Positions 1-12,931 of a stretch of 64,000 nt of DNA are shown here, piece by piece. A model generated the notes under the pieces. It was not told the origin of the DNA. It searched no databases and saw only the letters and a program-made list of their open reading frames with translations. The stretch comes from Lepidodermella squamata (taxonomy: Eukaryota; Animalia; Gastrotricha), in contig JBLDXI010000001.1 in the NCBI GenBank assembly GCA_047495785.1, forward strand, positions 3,162,001-3,226,000. The letters run 5' to 3'. The position numbers and the translations under genes are program-made. Within the stretch, counting starts at the first letter, position 1, and each line of letters starts with the position of its first letter.

Positions 1-980
1 GCAGCGTGAAATCATTGATTGAAACTATTTTCACAAGATGCATCCGCGTGATTTTTTCAAACGACAAAAGCCATACTTTGCCGTTTTCAGCTCAATTTTT
101 CTGTTCGCTATTCTTAATCTTGTAATATGGGGCAACAACCATTCGCCGTATCTAATTAATTTCATCGTCGCCAACTTCAATCCGAACTTTATTTTTCAGC
201 AATAAATAACAAATAATGATATCATACCTGAGCTATTCCACAGCCGTTTTTTGGCGTCTAATTATGCATCATCCGGATGTTTTCGGACCTTCTTGTGGCC
301 GAACTATTTTCTTGCCTCACTCTCAATTTTGGCATAATTGCATTGAATTTTGGCCGATGCAAGGCATTGCATTTCCACTTACGAGTAAATGAACCCTCAA
401 GCCCTAATTTAATATCCAATGTTCCCTATAAACTCCAAAACTCCGGTAAGGTCCTATTTTATCATTACAAGCGGCCGGTTGAGGGTTCAAGAGGCAAAGC
501 AGCCGGAAAGGTCGCCAGCCGACCGCCGTTTTTAGCCGGAAGCGAAAATAGCTTGAAAACCACTGGCCACTGGTCTAATGATTCCAAGAAATCAAAACTC
601 CACCAGGAGTGTTAAGCATACGGCGGACCAATGTCACCCGGTTTGCGGGGAAATGGTCAGTTCACATCACACGTCGACAATGGGTGCGTTTCTTTATCTC
701 AATTTTATTTCATTTTTTTAAATAAAATGAAAATAAAATGGTCGTTTCATCGATATTCATTGTTTATAAATTTTTTGTGTTTTCACGTTTCTATTCATCA
801 TTTTATTTTATAAAAGAGCGTAAATAAAGCACGCGTTTCATCGGAAAAATCATTTTTTTCAGCTCAAGGAAAAACAGGGGGGTGAGCTGATTTGGTCTTA
901 TTTCACGCTTGACTTCTGAGGCTTTTCTGCGGAAAAAAGCTCAATTTTATATCGTCCTATATAACATTGCGCTAGTAAAA

Positions 981-1689
981 GAGTTCAGCAGAACTTGGTT
1001 CTTTCTGGCAATGTTTGAGCAGTGACACTTCAGCAACTGCCACTATAGCAGTTGTGTTATTCAGCAATACAACTATAGAGCCCACGTCATTTCAGTTGAG
1101 GTCATAAAAGCTAAGGACATCTGCTCCGTGTGGAGCGTTGTTTCGAAAATAACATGAAACCAGCGAAATATCAGCAGATGCCAATTTAGCAGATAATTAT
1201 AATATAATTATGCATTGAAGTGGAAATTAGCATCAAACTTAATTTCGCTCTGCGACATTTGCCCCATCGACATTTGCGCCCAAGGCAACTGAAACAAAAA
1301 TAGTGTGAAACTACATTCGCGCTGGCGACAACTGAGCTAATTATAAATTAAATATTAATTAGTGGTGAACCTTGGCTATGGCGAGCGGAACTAGCATGCC
1401 CAGCTCCACCTCTATAGCTTTTTGAAGGTCCAATATATTTCAATAATAATAACAATAATAAAAATGAATTTAACTGAGTTGTCGTTGGCTCGAATGTCTG
1501 GCTAAGTTGTCGCTTGGCTCAGCGCAGTTGGCGCAACGATATTAGAGCCTTTAATTCGACGAATGTGGAAAACTTCTACTGCCCAAATATATTATTACAA
1601 ATCTTTTGCGGAAGTGGCAGTTGCTGAAGTGTCGCCTGCTCAATCGGCAATGCTGAGGTGAAGTCGTTGAACTACGTTCTACTGAACTT
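981..1689. mobile_element. Degenerate inverted-repeat element (MITE-like) nested in the 682-3122 element
   Basis: TTGAGCAGTGACACTTCAGCAACTGCCACT (~1015-1044) is the near reverse complement of AGTGGCAGTTGCTGAAGTGTCGCCTGCTCAA (~1613-1643); outer GAGTTCAGCAGAAC / GTTCTACTGAACTT also pair. Confidence 0.55.
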
Positions 1690-1961
1690 TCCTAAAATCT
1701 ATAATGTTTCGATGGGACGAATTTAAGATCGGCGCTTCCCCGGACGCTCTCATGCTCCTATGGGCTTAGGGCAATCACGTTCATACGTTCAAACTACGCT
1801 CAAAACATTCATTTTTTTCATTTCTTTATCAGTGCGTAGTTTATAAACAGCACGTGTCGTTTCATTCACATTTTCTTTTCCAAAATCATGAAAAAAATGT
1901 GATAAAGAAATGACGTTTTATTTTATAAAATAAAATGGAAAAAATCGAATAAAGAAATGAT

Positions 1962-3018
1962 CAGTGTTCCGAGTGCGGGGGGTACGGGGGTGGCGCGTAC
2001 CCCCTTGGAGAAGACCCAAAAAGTGGAAGGGGTGCCGCGTACCCCCTAGCAGATTTGTAAAAGGAAATTTTTATGAAAAAATCTGGCTTCACCATGGGTC
2101 AAAATTTGAAATTTTTCATTCTAAATGACAATATTATCAGCTTTCCAAGCGTTCTACGTATAATAATTGGTGTGGCTTTCGATGACTAAGCGTACAGCGA
2201 GAATCCCAAACAACTTGGAGTACCCCAATAAATGTCCGATAATGAGCGTAAAAAGTTAAAAACCAAAATTTGAACGCTGCGGAATTTTCAAAAACAAATT
2301 AGATATTCTGAATCAGCATGAAAAGTTAGGCTAGAGTGCAAATTTGCGCGCGATAACATTGAAAATTGAGGAAGAAATGAGACGTTGAAAAAGCGCGCTT
2401 ATATGTGCGTGACTAGCACGCGCACGTCAACTGCGAGCGCGAGCGAGCGCTTAATGCGTGTACAACCTCGCGCGCGTTTGCGTGGAAGCTGATTTCGTAG
2501 TGCGCGCGCTCACTAAAATGCAAATTTACTTTCCACTATTTCTCCCTCAATTTTGAATGTAATCGCGCGCAAATTTGCACCCTAGCCTAACTTTTCATGC
2601 TGATTCAGAATATCTAATTTGTTTTTGAAAATTCCGCAGCGTTCAAATTTTGATTTTTAACTTTTTACGTGCCACATTTTTTACACGATATCTAATGCAA
2701 ATTTGACGTAATTTCAACAGTTTGTTAGCGATTTATATCAATTTAAACGCAAACTTGGGAAAAATTGCTTTGAAAATCTAAAATTTTCTTGCTCGCTTCG
2801 CTCGCAAACAAGGAGGATGACCTGTGTAATTCCACGTTTCAGTTCAACTAAACACCTGTAAAATTTTTGCACGTTGCCGATTTCTAATGAAAAATGCGAA
2901 CTATCTAAATAGTAAGTATAGATGTTAGATGGAAATGCGAGCGAACGAAGTTCGCGAGCGAAATTTTTTTATCACTTTTTTGCGTACCCCCTAGCACTCA
3001 GACCTAGTCGGATCACTG
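1962..3018. mobile_element. Non-autonomous hAT-type element
   Basis: Ends CAGTGTTCCGA ... TCGGATCACTG (11-bp TIR, 1 mismatch); perfect 8-bp TSD GAAATGAT at 1954-1961 and 3019-3026; subterminal GCGTACCCCC repeats. Confidence 0.85.
2247..2669. mobile_element. MITE / foldback with ~125-bp inverted arms, nested in the hAT element
   Basis: CGTAAAAAGTTAAAAACCAAAATTTGAACGCTGCGGAATTTTCAAAAAC...GAAAATTGAGG is mirrored with few mismatches at ~2545-2669. Confidence 0.8.
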
Positions 3019-4117
3019 GAAATGATATTTATTTTAATTTTAAAATTTAAAATGATAAAGAAATGTCAGTGTTTAATTTTAATTTTAAAATAAAAAATGG
3101 CTTGTGATAAAGAAACGCACCCAATGTTTCGGGCTCCCTTTCGGGCAAGAAATCGTAAATTCGCCCATTATGTATCACAATCTAATTTTTTTCTCAGGAT
3201 CGAAGCCACCTATGAACTATTCACTTTTCCCGTTCAGCTGACCATATCTAGCTTGAACTTTGATTCAATTCAAAATAGTTTTCGTTGTGCTACTTTTTCG
3301 GTAATATAAAATTAGAAAATATATTTTTGGAAGTACTGTCAGTGGAACGTCACCTTTAATCTATAAATAAACACATTCGTTGCATTGAATCATAATTCTT
3401 ATGCACTCTCGTCGACTTCAGTTATTTTTGTATGTCTGAACTTAAAGCCTGGAGTAAGCTGCGGCATAGCTTTTCGTGATTGCTAAAATCATATGAGAGC
3501 GCGCGAGCATGAATCGAGGTTGTCGGGTCATTACGATGCGCGAGAATATAAGATAAATTCTCTCATCTCATCTGAGAGTTTTAATCACTCCAAATGGAAG
3601 ATTGAAATACACCACATATGAGCGGGTGTGAGGGGAATGTGACCGGACTACACCCGCGCTGGGACCGAAAGACATTTTGTCGCAATGAATAAAACTCGCC
3701 AAAGCATACGAAGAAAATCAGAGAAGATATTTACAGAATATAACGCTGACCAAGATATATCGTATCTATTATTGCTTTTATCCGCATAATTCTAAACATT
3801 TTCCCCAATAAATTTCTATGCAATATTCTTTGAGTAAATATTTATATCTGAATATCAACGACAATTTTTTTCACTGAATTTGACTGCCCACTTCTTGGGA
3901 CTAAAAATCAGTGCGATCGATGGCGGGGTACTTCGTCATCAATCACGAGACATGACGGTTGATAAAAACAAATATATACTCGTTCATCTCTAAGATTTAG
4001 CCCCGTTAATAGCGTTATTTACGCTCGGCCTACGTGCAATCCTATTTAACGCAGTTTTTTCGCTCATTTTATCAATTGTCTGGTACAATAAAAAAACATT
4101 TTTTCAGAAACTATATC

Positions 4118-4664
4118 ATGGCTGTTATTAAAATTTCGATATTCGTTTTTGGCCTCGCAGCGCTGGTCGCCTTGTGCCAAGCCTGGCCCAGGTGGTCATC
4201 GCCCAACCAAGGTCAATCGGAACCTAATCCAAGCAAAAAAGTTGAATACAGTAAGCGATTTTTTTTAGAGTAAAAAATCCTTTTACAATAAAATTTCGAA
4301 AAAAATGTCAATAATTTTATTGAAATTTGAAAATTAAAAAATCCTTATTTAAATTTATTCAAATTTTTCAGACTTGAGATGGTGCATGTCGCTTTGCTCC
4401 GGTCACTGGGTGCACAGGTGCCCCATTCAAACTTCTGCTCCAGCTAACATTAATCATCACCACGCCGCCCTGGTCATCGAAACAACGACCACGCCGCCTA
4501 CAGTCGCGAGCGGGGTAGCAGCCGAGCCGGACGACATGCTTCAAGCGCTACGCTCGACGTCATCGGCATGCAATGAAAAGTTCCGCAGCTGCGCTCGCGA
4601 TTGCACACTCATATTCAAGCCGGCCACTCAACATCAGCCGAAATCAGAAGCTAAAGCTAAATAG
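4118..4664 (+). CDS. Secreted six-cysteine peptide precursor, paralog 1 (exons 4118-4250, 4372-4664; ~141 aa)
   Basis: Signal peptide MAVIKISIFVFGLAALVALCQA; GTAAGC donor and TTTTTCAG acceptor join in frame (EYN-LRWC); C-x3-C-x7-C...C-x6-C-x3-C pattern shared with 5617-6009. Confidence 0.8.
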
Positions 4665-5616
4665 TATTAAATGGTCAATATTAATCAGTACTACTTGTCC
4701 GCAAAAATAATAACTGTTTTCACTCGTAAAATTAATTTAATATCGACGGCGCCGTTATTTATCAACTCTGTTCATTTAAGAGAATAAAAAAGCTATTTCA
4801 CCATTTTTCTATTTTTACCATTCATAAGTTGTGGAAATTTAATGTGGGAAGACACTGTCCCAATCTAAGTCTCAGGATTATCAATGAAAATCCGCATCTT
4901 GGCCATAATTTTTTGGCTGGAGGAAAACGGAACGCATCATTGCCATTAAAATGAGAGACAAAATCCAGTTCAATTACCAACTTCTTATACGCCCTCACAG
5001 TCTGCTTTTAAATATTCTTGATCCGAAATCGATCAGGTTCTTCACATTCTCAGCAACTAAATTTCGCAATATAAAAATTGTCGCGATAAGTATTGCGATA
5101 AAGCTATCTTCAAGGTCACATGATTCGTGGGCACTGAAAACTCATTATTTAATGAATGGAATAAGGGCGTGAGATAAAATAGGCCGATTTTATGAATAGA
5201 AAAATAGAGATCATTTCCATCTATCAAGTCTGTTTTGTCCGGCATATTTTTCCGAATCATTAGGACAATAACAAAGAAACAAGTTGTTACTCATCGCGTA
5301 ATCATTATATGACAATGGATTTGCTAAATCCCCGCTGAAAATATCCTTTAGCTATATAGAAGATAATCACAAATTTTGTTATTCGTTGAACGCGATTGAA
5401 TTGTTTGGATATTACTCATGCGCTGAAAATCTCTTTATCCTTTCGCACCTTGTCGCCTAATTTCGTGCATGACACTTCTTTCGTTTCCAAATTTAGCAAA
5501 ATTTTCAATTGCGAGAGCCACGGACCCTTTTTTGAAATTATTCCAAATTTAGAAATGTGGAGGGATTTTTGAAATTATAATTTTTGTTAATTTAGAACAT
5601 CCACCTTTAAATTAAA

Positions 5617-6009
5617 ATGGCAGTTGGTTGCAAATTTTATATCGGCGCAGTTGCGCTGTTTGTAGTCACCATTAACTGCGCCCTGATGGTGCAAAGCGCG
5701 GATTCTCACCGGTTGAAACGAGCCGCCGTTCTCGCCATGCCTGGAAATCGCCGGCAACAACAGCCGACAGCTCTACGCTTCCGCAGCAACATTGACATAG
5801 AATCGCTGGCTAAGCTGGACCCGAGCCTGGTCGCTCTAAGTTCTATTAACGCGCCCTTCGGCCTGTACTGGTGCTTGTCGGTCTGCTCGTCGCAGTGGAT
5901 CAGCCGTTGTCCTGAGTCGGCACCGGTTAGCAACGAATGCCAGGCCAAATTCCGCGACTGCTCGCGGGAATGCCGCCAGGCTTATAAGAGCCTCGCTCCT
6001 AAGCTTTAA
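5617..6009 (+). CDS. Secreted six-cysteine peptide precursor, paralog 2 (130 aa)
   Basis: Hydrophobic signal peptide, dibasic KR and RR sites, LYWCLSVCSSQWISRCP...ECQAKFRDCSREC matching paralog 1. Confidence 0.8.
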   Translation: MAVGCKFYIGAVALFVVTINCALMVQSADSHRLKRAAVLAMPGNRRQQQPTALRFRSNIDIESLAKLDPSLVALSSINAPFGLYWCLSVCSSQWISRCPESAPVSNECQAKFRDCSRECRQAYKSLAPKL

Positions 6010-6607
6010 CATATTTAATATCCTTATATACACCGAAAAATCCCGCTCTTTTTTATATTTGAAAATGGCAAATAATTTTTCGTTTTTACCTATGTGCGGT
6101 TTTCATTTTTAATCCCCGCAAAACGCAGTTCCTATTATTGTCGAATAAAGATGAAAAAGAATTATCCGGTTTTAACACGAAGTATGAGATAGTTTGATCG
6201 ATATCGCAAAATACTCAGTGCTCTCCGTCGCAGTAAGAATATTTAATTTCCGAATTATAGCGGACTATAGCAGAACCGAATGGTAAACTTCTAATAAAAG
6301 GGGCAATTTTTGAAATGTTTTAGATACTGACTGTGTGCCGCGATTTGAAAATAAGGATCAGGACTTGTACAGAAAATTACGGAGAATTTCGACATAAATT
6401 ATTTGGATTTTTTAAGTTGGTGTTAAGTGAAACTCCTGAAAATTCGGCATTTTTAGGTTCCGGTTTAGGTCAAATCTCTTGGTTCCGAACTGGCATTTTT
6501 GGTTCCACTAGAAACCCATTTCCAGCTTGGATACTCGAGTTGGACACAAGTACAATAGAAATACCCTTTTGAGATTGAAAAATGCTGAGTTAAAATTGCT
6601 TATTATA

Positions 6608-7415
6608 CCGTAACGCAGTCCTTTTTCGGACAGGGTAATTTCGGACACTTTTGGCTTTGAGCGCGAGTTTCTCCAAAACCCCGGTAAATAGAAATACCCT
6701 TCAAAATGCAGGAGATAGCCCAGAGTCTTGTCTTTCAAATGACACCTAAAATATAAGAAACGGATTTGTTTACGAAGAATGGTTGCACTTCTTCGCAGGT
6801 GAGCGCCGAGGTAAAAAATTGCTAACTTTTTCAAATGGCAGCATTTTTTGCCGGATAGAAGCGCAAAAGATAGAGCGCATCGACTTCAGTTAGGCTGGCA
6901 TGTTTGGAACAAATTTATACGAGACATTTTGCCTGAAATTCCGCCAGAAAAACCGATACCCCCCGGCTTATTTCGGACAGCCCGTAACTACAGAGAATTC
7001 AATCGACCTTGACCGTTTTTAAACTTCAATATTTTAGTGAGAATAGCACTGAACTGCGTTGAGAGCACCAATTCGCTAACGGGGGTTCAAATCCCTCAAC
7101 ATGCAATTCATTTTTTTATTTTTAAATCTGCTCACAAATTTTATCTCGCTTTAATGCGAACTTTGGCCCTAATCTAAATATTCACACTGAGCTGTCCGAA
7201 ATTACCCCAGTTGTGTCCGAAATTAGCCGAGTCATTTTTCCTTGAATACCCGTGAATACCTGGGCTGGAGAAGGTATATTTTAACCGCGATTAACACTAG
7301 GATATGCAGTTTTTCTAGGTGCATCTTTTGGCGCAAAGTACGTCAAAAAATTCGTTCACCTCACAGAATTAAGCCCGAAAAACACGTTTTTGTCCGAAAT
7401 AAGACCACGTTACAG
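6608..7415. mobile_element. Non-autonomous Tc1/mariner(pogo)-like element
   Basis: TA|CCGTAACGCAGTCCTTTTTCGGACA ... TGTCCGAAATAAGACCACGTTACAG|TA imperfect TIR with TA TSD; internal TTTCGGACA / TGTCCGAAA repeats. Confidence 0.7.
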
Positions 7416-8103
7416 TATAGCTTAATTGCATGCTTTGTAAGCCTCAAGTCTACTCAAATTTGTGCGGAAATTTGTGCACCTCAAATTGACCTATTTCAGG
7501 ACAGCTTGAAGTTGGTGATGTCCGGGTCTCGTTTACTCTAATCCCTTGTTTTTATTAAACATGATGCGTTTGTAAACAAAAAACACCCGATACTGATTGC
7601 GTAAAACAACACCTTGACTGTTTATTATTCTACCAACCTTCATTTTTTCAAAAGATGTTTATGAAATCGATTTTAATAGAGATTATATACATCGATAATC
7701 GAGGTCAGTAAAAAATAATAACGACTTTCCAATATTAAATCAAGTGCCGTTATCAAAAGTAAAATATTATTATTCAATCTGAACGCACACCAAAGTCATA
7801 AATTCATCCAAGCGGAAAATAATTCTTCAAAAATAATCCGCTTTTCACGCATTTTGTAGCTAATAATAAATACCAAATTTTCGATATATTTTAAATGGTG
7901 TGGTGAGAAAATTGATATATTGCGTATCCAAATTCGGCGTTTCAAACACACCGAATTTTCATCCAACGTCTCTTTCAACGTGTCAAATTAAATAGCAAAA
8001 ATAGATTGAGAAATAATAAAAATAATCAATTTTTTTCGTTTTCAATATCAGCAACAAGGTCTTTCATTACAATCGGGCCGCGGTGATATTTTAAGTAATT
8101 TTC

Positions 8104-10871
8104 TCATTTCATCGGGCCCGATTGACCGGTACTTATGTTGTGCGGCTCGTTGCTGGACGTGCCCGTAGTACGGGTTCCACCTCCGGTACCCAGCGTGTCC
8201 TTGCTTGGCGCCACCGATACATCGTCGACCGCTTTGGCCAGGCCGAAGTAGACGGGGCATTTCGGCAAGAAGATGACGAAAATAGCCAGCAGGGTACCGG
8301 CGAGGATGACGCCGGAGATGATGCCGTAGCCGAGGTCCAAGTTGTCACCGGCCGAGAACATGGCAATGACGGCGACAATGGCCAAAACGACGATGTTGTA
8401 GATGCACAGACCGATGGACTGCGAGTCGTTGAGTTCTTCAATGTGGACCTTACGCGTTTCATAGGCCAAGAAGCCGCCGAGGAACAGCAGCAAGCCCTGG
8501 ATGACGGCGATGGCGGCCGAGAAGTACATCTGGTAGTCGGACGTGCATTCGTAGTACCAGTTCTGGTAGATGGTATCCGCGTCGGTTTCGTTGACTTCGA
8601 TGGTCGTGTTGACGGGCAGGGCCTTCATGAGGTCGAACCCGAACCAAACGGCGATGATGACCCAGTTGACGAGGACCCAGCAGCCGACGAACATCATGAG
8701 ACGGTGATCCTTGACGGCCTCGGCACGCTGGATGACCTTGACGAAGATCTGGTGGACACGCCAGGCCTTGGCGAACATGGAACCGAACAGCATGCAGAAG
8801 CCGGTCAAGAACGTGACGAGACGGGCGACGCAGAACTTCCACACGTGTTCAGTCTGCTCGATCGGGTAGACGATGACCGTGATCAACATCAAAATCGAAC
8901 CGCTGCGAATTTGAAAAAAATTCAATTAAAAAGGTCACATCCATCCATTCAACTTCGAGTAAAGTAAAACCGTTCCGAAATTAATTATTGATTAGTTTTC
9001 GATTTCATTAGTAAATTGAATTTTTTTATTAATTTTAAATTTTAATATTTTTGAGTAATTTTTCAAATTTTGTAAACATTCCATTATATGAATATCATAT
9101 GAATATCATGAATATCATAAATTTCTTTCCGAAATGGGTCATGGGTCAAGCACAAAAAATACATAATTGAGGCTATCCATGGCACATTCCCAGCCTCATT
9201 ATTTAAAAAAATCACATTAATTACTTCCGTACCCCTGAGCATCCTCCGTCACAGTGACTAATCTATTAAAATGCCGTTATAGGAACTTGACCCTAAACCA
9301 AGTTCCTTTGCCCTTGATAAATTTGAGACATGGGTAACGAATTTGAAAAAACGCCCATTGGTAATGACTTACTAAAGAATCAAGTTGTTCATCTTGGGCG
9401 AGCTCATCTTGATGGCACGAGCGTGGCGGCGAGCGAAGTTCATGATAGCGAAGAGCACGGCCATAGCCATACCGAAAGCAGCGAGGGCAGCCATCAGCGA
9501 GTAGAGCCACGGAGCCAAGCTGGTGCGGCGCATGAAAACGGTGGTCGAGTCACGCGGCGGTTTGCCATCCTTCGTCTTCCATTTCAGCGCAGCATGAGAG
9601 GAGGCTTCACGATCGCCGTTCGGGTAGAACAGGAAAGCTCGGACAACGCGGCCTGACTGCAGCTGAGCGACCTCCATAGGCGTCAACATTTCCTGCGTGA
9701 AGTTGGGGCTGATGCGGAGGAGACCGCGCAGACCGATGACGTTGACCGACTTAGCTGCGTTCATGATGTACGGCAGGACGGTGGCGTCCTTGCTCGAAAA
9801 GTTGGACAAGGACCTGTTCGCCATTCGCATGTTGATCTCAGCGAAATGCATGACGTGAGCTCCGAACAGCGCGGCATCGTGGCACAGGGTTCGGTTGCCC
9901 CAGGCCTCGGAGTTGTTGAATCCCTTCGTGCGAGCCATCAGCTCGTTGTCAAACTCGCCGACAGTGTAGTTCAGGGTCGTCACCATAGACGCTTCGTTAG
10001 CTCCTCGCAGGGTACCCATGAACAACGCACCGTCCATGACCATTTCAATGTCCTTCGGTTGGCAGTCGGTAGGGGTGTCGGTTGAGTTCAGAGTGATCCA
10101 GTTGTTGAGGACAAAGACGATTTTCGGTCCGTAAAGCCCGACCTTGTAGGCCTCGCAGAAGAACTGGGTGCAAGTGGTCTGGCCGCAGTTCAGCATGATG
10201 ATACGCGAGTCTTTCTTCTTCAGATTGTTCACCTTATCAGCGATGTTGTAGATGTAGAACTCGGTTGTCGTGACTTGGATGCCTTCCGCTGTCGCGGCCT
10301 TGACGAAGTTGATAGCGTCTCGGGACAAGATTTCGAACATCTCAGTGATGACGGCGACCTTCTTCCAACCCATGCGTCTGAAGAACCAAAATCGGACTCG
10401 AGCGAACAGATCTTGCGGGGTAGCGACGCGGTGGAATGAGAAGTAGAGCGGGCCGGGCGAGATGACAGGCGTACCACAGCCAGCAGCGACTTCGACCATT
10501 GACCAGATGTGGGGCAGCACACCGACGGATTCGCAGACAGCGTCGCACATCGATCCGAGCATAACGCCAGAGGACGGTCGGTTGAGTCGGACCAAGCGGA
10601 AATACTCGGCCATACCGACTTCAGGATCGCACTGGTCGTTACCGTATTCGACGTCGATTTTGTGGTTCGGCAGGATTCGCGGGTTCGAGTTGACGGCATC
10701 GATGACGATTTGCATCGCCTCGCGGCACACAGGCCCAATCTTGGTGCCGTTTTGCGGGACCAACGACAACATGTAGACGGTTCCATTCTTTCGAATGGGT
10801 TGAATGTTTATCTGCGCCTCGACGCAGATAAACGCCGCCGCCACTAGGGCAACAGCTGCACAGAGTCGCAT
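8104..10871 (-). CDS. Class C GPCR, GABA-B-receptor-like (exons 10871-9373, 8902-8104; ~765 aa)
   Basis: Signal peptide, Venus-flytrap domain (DQCD, MGWKKVA, FCEAYKVGLYG, PPRD), IKMSSPKMNNLIL, FGSMFAKAWRVH, FLAYETR, LNDSQSIGLCIYN 7TM motifs; no cysteine-rich domain. A phase-2 intron (GTAAGT...TCGCAG) removes the apparent stop and gives NNLILYGSIL. Confidence 0.92.
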
Positions 10872-12559
10872 GCTGATAATTCACAAAAAAATTTGGTGAC
10901 TTTTTTGCGCGAGAAAACGAAAAAATGAGCTCTTCGCGAGCGTTTTTTGCTAATGATGAAATTCAATCTCTGTGTTTATGACGACGCTCACCTCCGCGCG
11001 TACAGCTGCTTTCTGCTGAAAATTGAGATGATCACACGAAGTTCGTGCTTAAAATCACTTCCTGTCTACGCCTGGCTACCTATGCGGTGTTGAATTACGC
11101 GCAAGCAAAAATGTTTCTCCCTCTTCCGCTCGCTGCTTGTCACTGTTAATTATTATCATCGTTCGCATATATCTCCTTGATCGATACTGCCACATCAGCG
11201 TAAAACGTCGCGAGGTGAACGCGTCTAACTTCCGACCAGTGCGCCTGCAACAGCACTTTATTATGAAGACTTATTTTTTCTCCATTTGTTCGGTTCGAAA
11301 TTCGACGCTTAGAGCTTCAACGCCCCTGCCAGCTCATCATCGTCGCCAACTATCTCGCCTAATGGCGAAATTCGATACCTTAAAACACGTCTAGCTCGAA
11401 AATTACCTGCCCTCGAACACATTCCTCTCGATTAGAAGGAAAAAACGAAAAAAATATGAGTGATCAACCTTTCATAGCAAAAATCTTCCTCGATCCAGTT
11501 AGGGCAGATTCATCAACTAAAATGAAAGAGGACGAATAATTTTGTTAAAAGGGATTCATTGCATAAATCTCATTCTTTCACTAAATTTATTATTTTTTCC
11601 AAGTTCAATCAGCTTCATAGAAAATATATGTAAGCCCGTGCATGTAACCTCTATTACATAGGCCGCTCCAGCTAAGCATCATTAATTCAATGACACATTC
11701 ATAAACTGATAACAGATCATAATCACAAAAATTGATGTGGGATATGTTTTCTACATATAATACATTAAATAATTAAATAAGCATTTATATCGACGGTCTG
11801 ATGCTTTGACGTCAGGTTAGAAGGCAATAGTGGCCCCGTTGTCTAGCAATAATTGCAATAGGCCTTTTATCGCCATTTTCGGTCTATATTTGATGGTTTG
11901 GTTTGAAGGTTGATCTACGTTATAGAAATATGTATAACGCAATTTTTATGATTTGATTGTTTGCTGTTCCACTTCTCAGAAGCAAAATAAACAACAAAAT
12001 CAGCAAGAAAGATTTTGGCCTTTCTACAGGTCTTCCCACAAACTCGTTTCTTTTTTTCTCATACGCATACGAGGAAAAACATACGCATACAGCCCCCGTT
12101 CACAATCTGATTTCTTTTTTCTTCGTATGTAATTTTTTTTGCTCGGATGGGTCGACGAAAAAAGGGATGGCGGCACGGTGAATCGAACCCTTGGCGTTTT
12201 CCCAAACATCGATAATTATATCGATAATTATTACAAATCACATCGATAATTATACATTTTTTCATACCAGTTTGTGCGCAGACCTTACAGTTTACAGCTA
12301 TGACAGGAGCAGCCTTCAGAGCTGAAAACCAAGAATTAGCACCGAAAATCACTGGTGCGAGAGCGCTGAGCGTTTCGGAAGCGCATCTATCACTACTCTT
12401 AACATGCAGTCGCAAGCCTTGGGACTAATACGGTATGGACTCAACACTGCTGGCATCTCTCCATTAAAATGCTTCTTGACGCAAAAACCGTTCGATGAAT
12501 CGCGATCGTAAATTCGTTCACAAATTGCGAGGAAAAAATCGCAAATTCACGTTTGAGAT

Positions 12560-12886
12560 TCATATTGGAACATGCGCATGGGTACTTGCGCATAGAGTAT
12601 TTTAAGGTAATTTGCGCATTGGGCTTTTGCGCACTAGGTAACTTGCGCACAAGAGCATTTCTAGGTAATTTGCGCAAAGGGTGTGTGAGTGAGAATTTAA
12701 CTCTAAGTTACGCATTACTGAGACGTGTAACCAATGACGGAAGATGCGCACGAGTGTGTTGTAGTGAGCAGGATTAAGTAAATAAAAACTTGCTTTGCGC
12801 GCCTAAGTCATGTGCTAAACGTGTGCACTGTTCACGTGTACATGCGCATATGGCCCATGCGCAAGTTACCTACGCATTCACACACC
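12560..12886. repeat. Cluster of AGGTAA(C/T)TTGCGCA repeats in both orientations, probable transposon terminus remnants
   Basis: Repeated TGCGCA-containing units; GGTGTGTGAGTG (12679) / CATTCACACACC (ends 12886) inverted pair. Confidence 0.5.
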
Positions 12887-12931
12887 TCACACCACACAAT
12901 ATCGTTATTATTGTTACAAACTATCGCGATT

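Larger units (their letters stand above)
682..3122. mobile_element. Non-autonomous TIR element (PIF/Harbinger-like), outermost of a nested stack
   Basis: 17-bp perfect TIR GGGTGCGTTTCTTTATC (682) / GATAAAGAAACGCACCC (ends 3122); 3-bp direct repeat AAT on both sides; subterminal GATAAAGAAATG / TTTCTTTATC motifs recur inside. The superfamily call is inferred from GGG ends plus a 3-bp TSD. Confidence 0.7.

Noticed and set aside
8122-8967. 281-aa plus-strand ORF and other overlapping ORFs over both GPCR copies, DHP, ABCF2 and the LINE
   Set aside because: Antisense or alternate-frame shadows of GC3-rich coding sequence; no motifs of their own.
9372-9374. Apparent stop splitting the GPCR into 499-aa and 273-aa ORFs
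   Set aside because: The stop overlaps a GTAAGT donor; splicing restores one protein.
12160-12205. GGTTCGATTC B-box-like motif on the minus strand (similar GGTTCAAATCC at ~7084)
   Set aside because: No cloverleaf or convincing A-box could be built; at most tRNA-derived repeat fragments.
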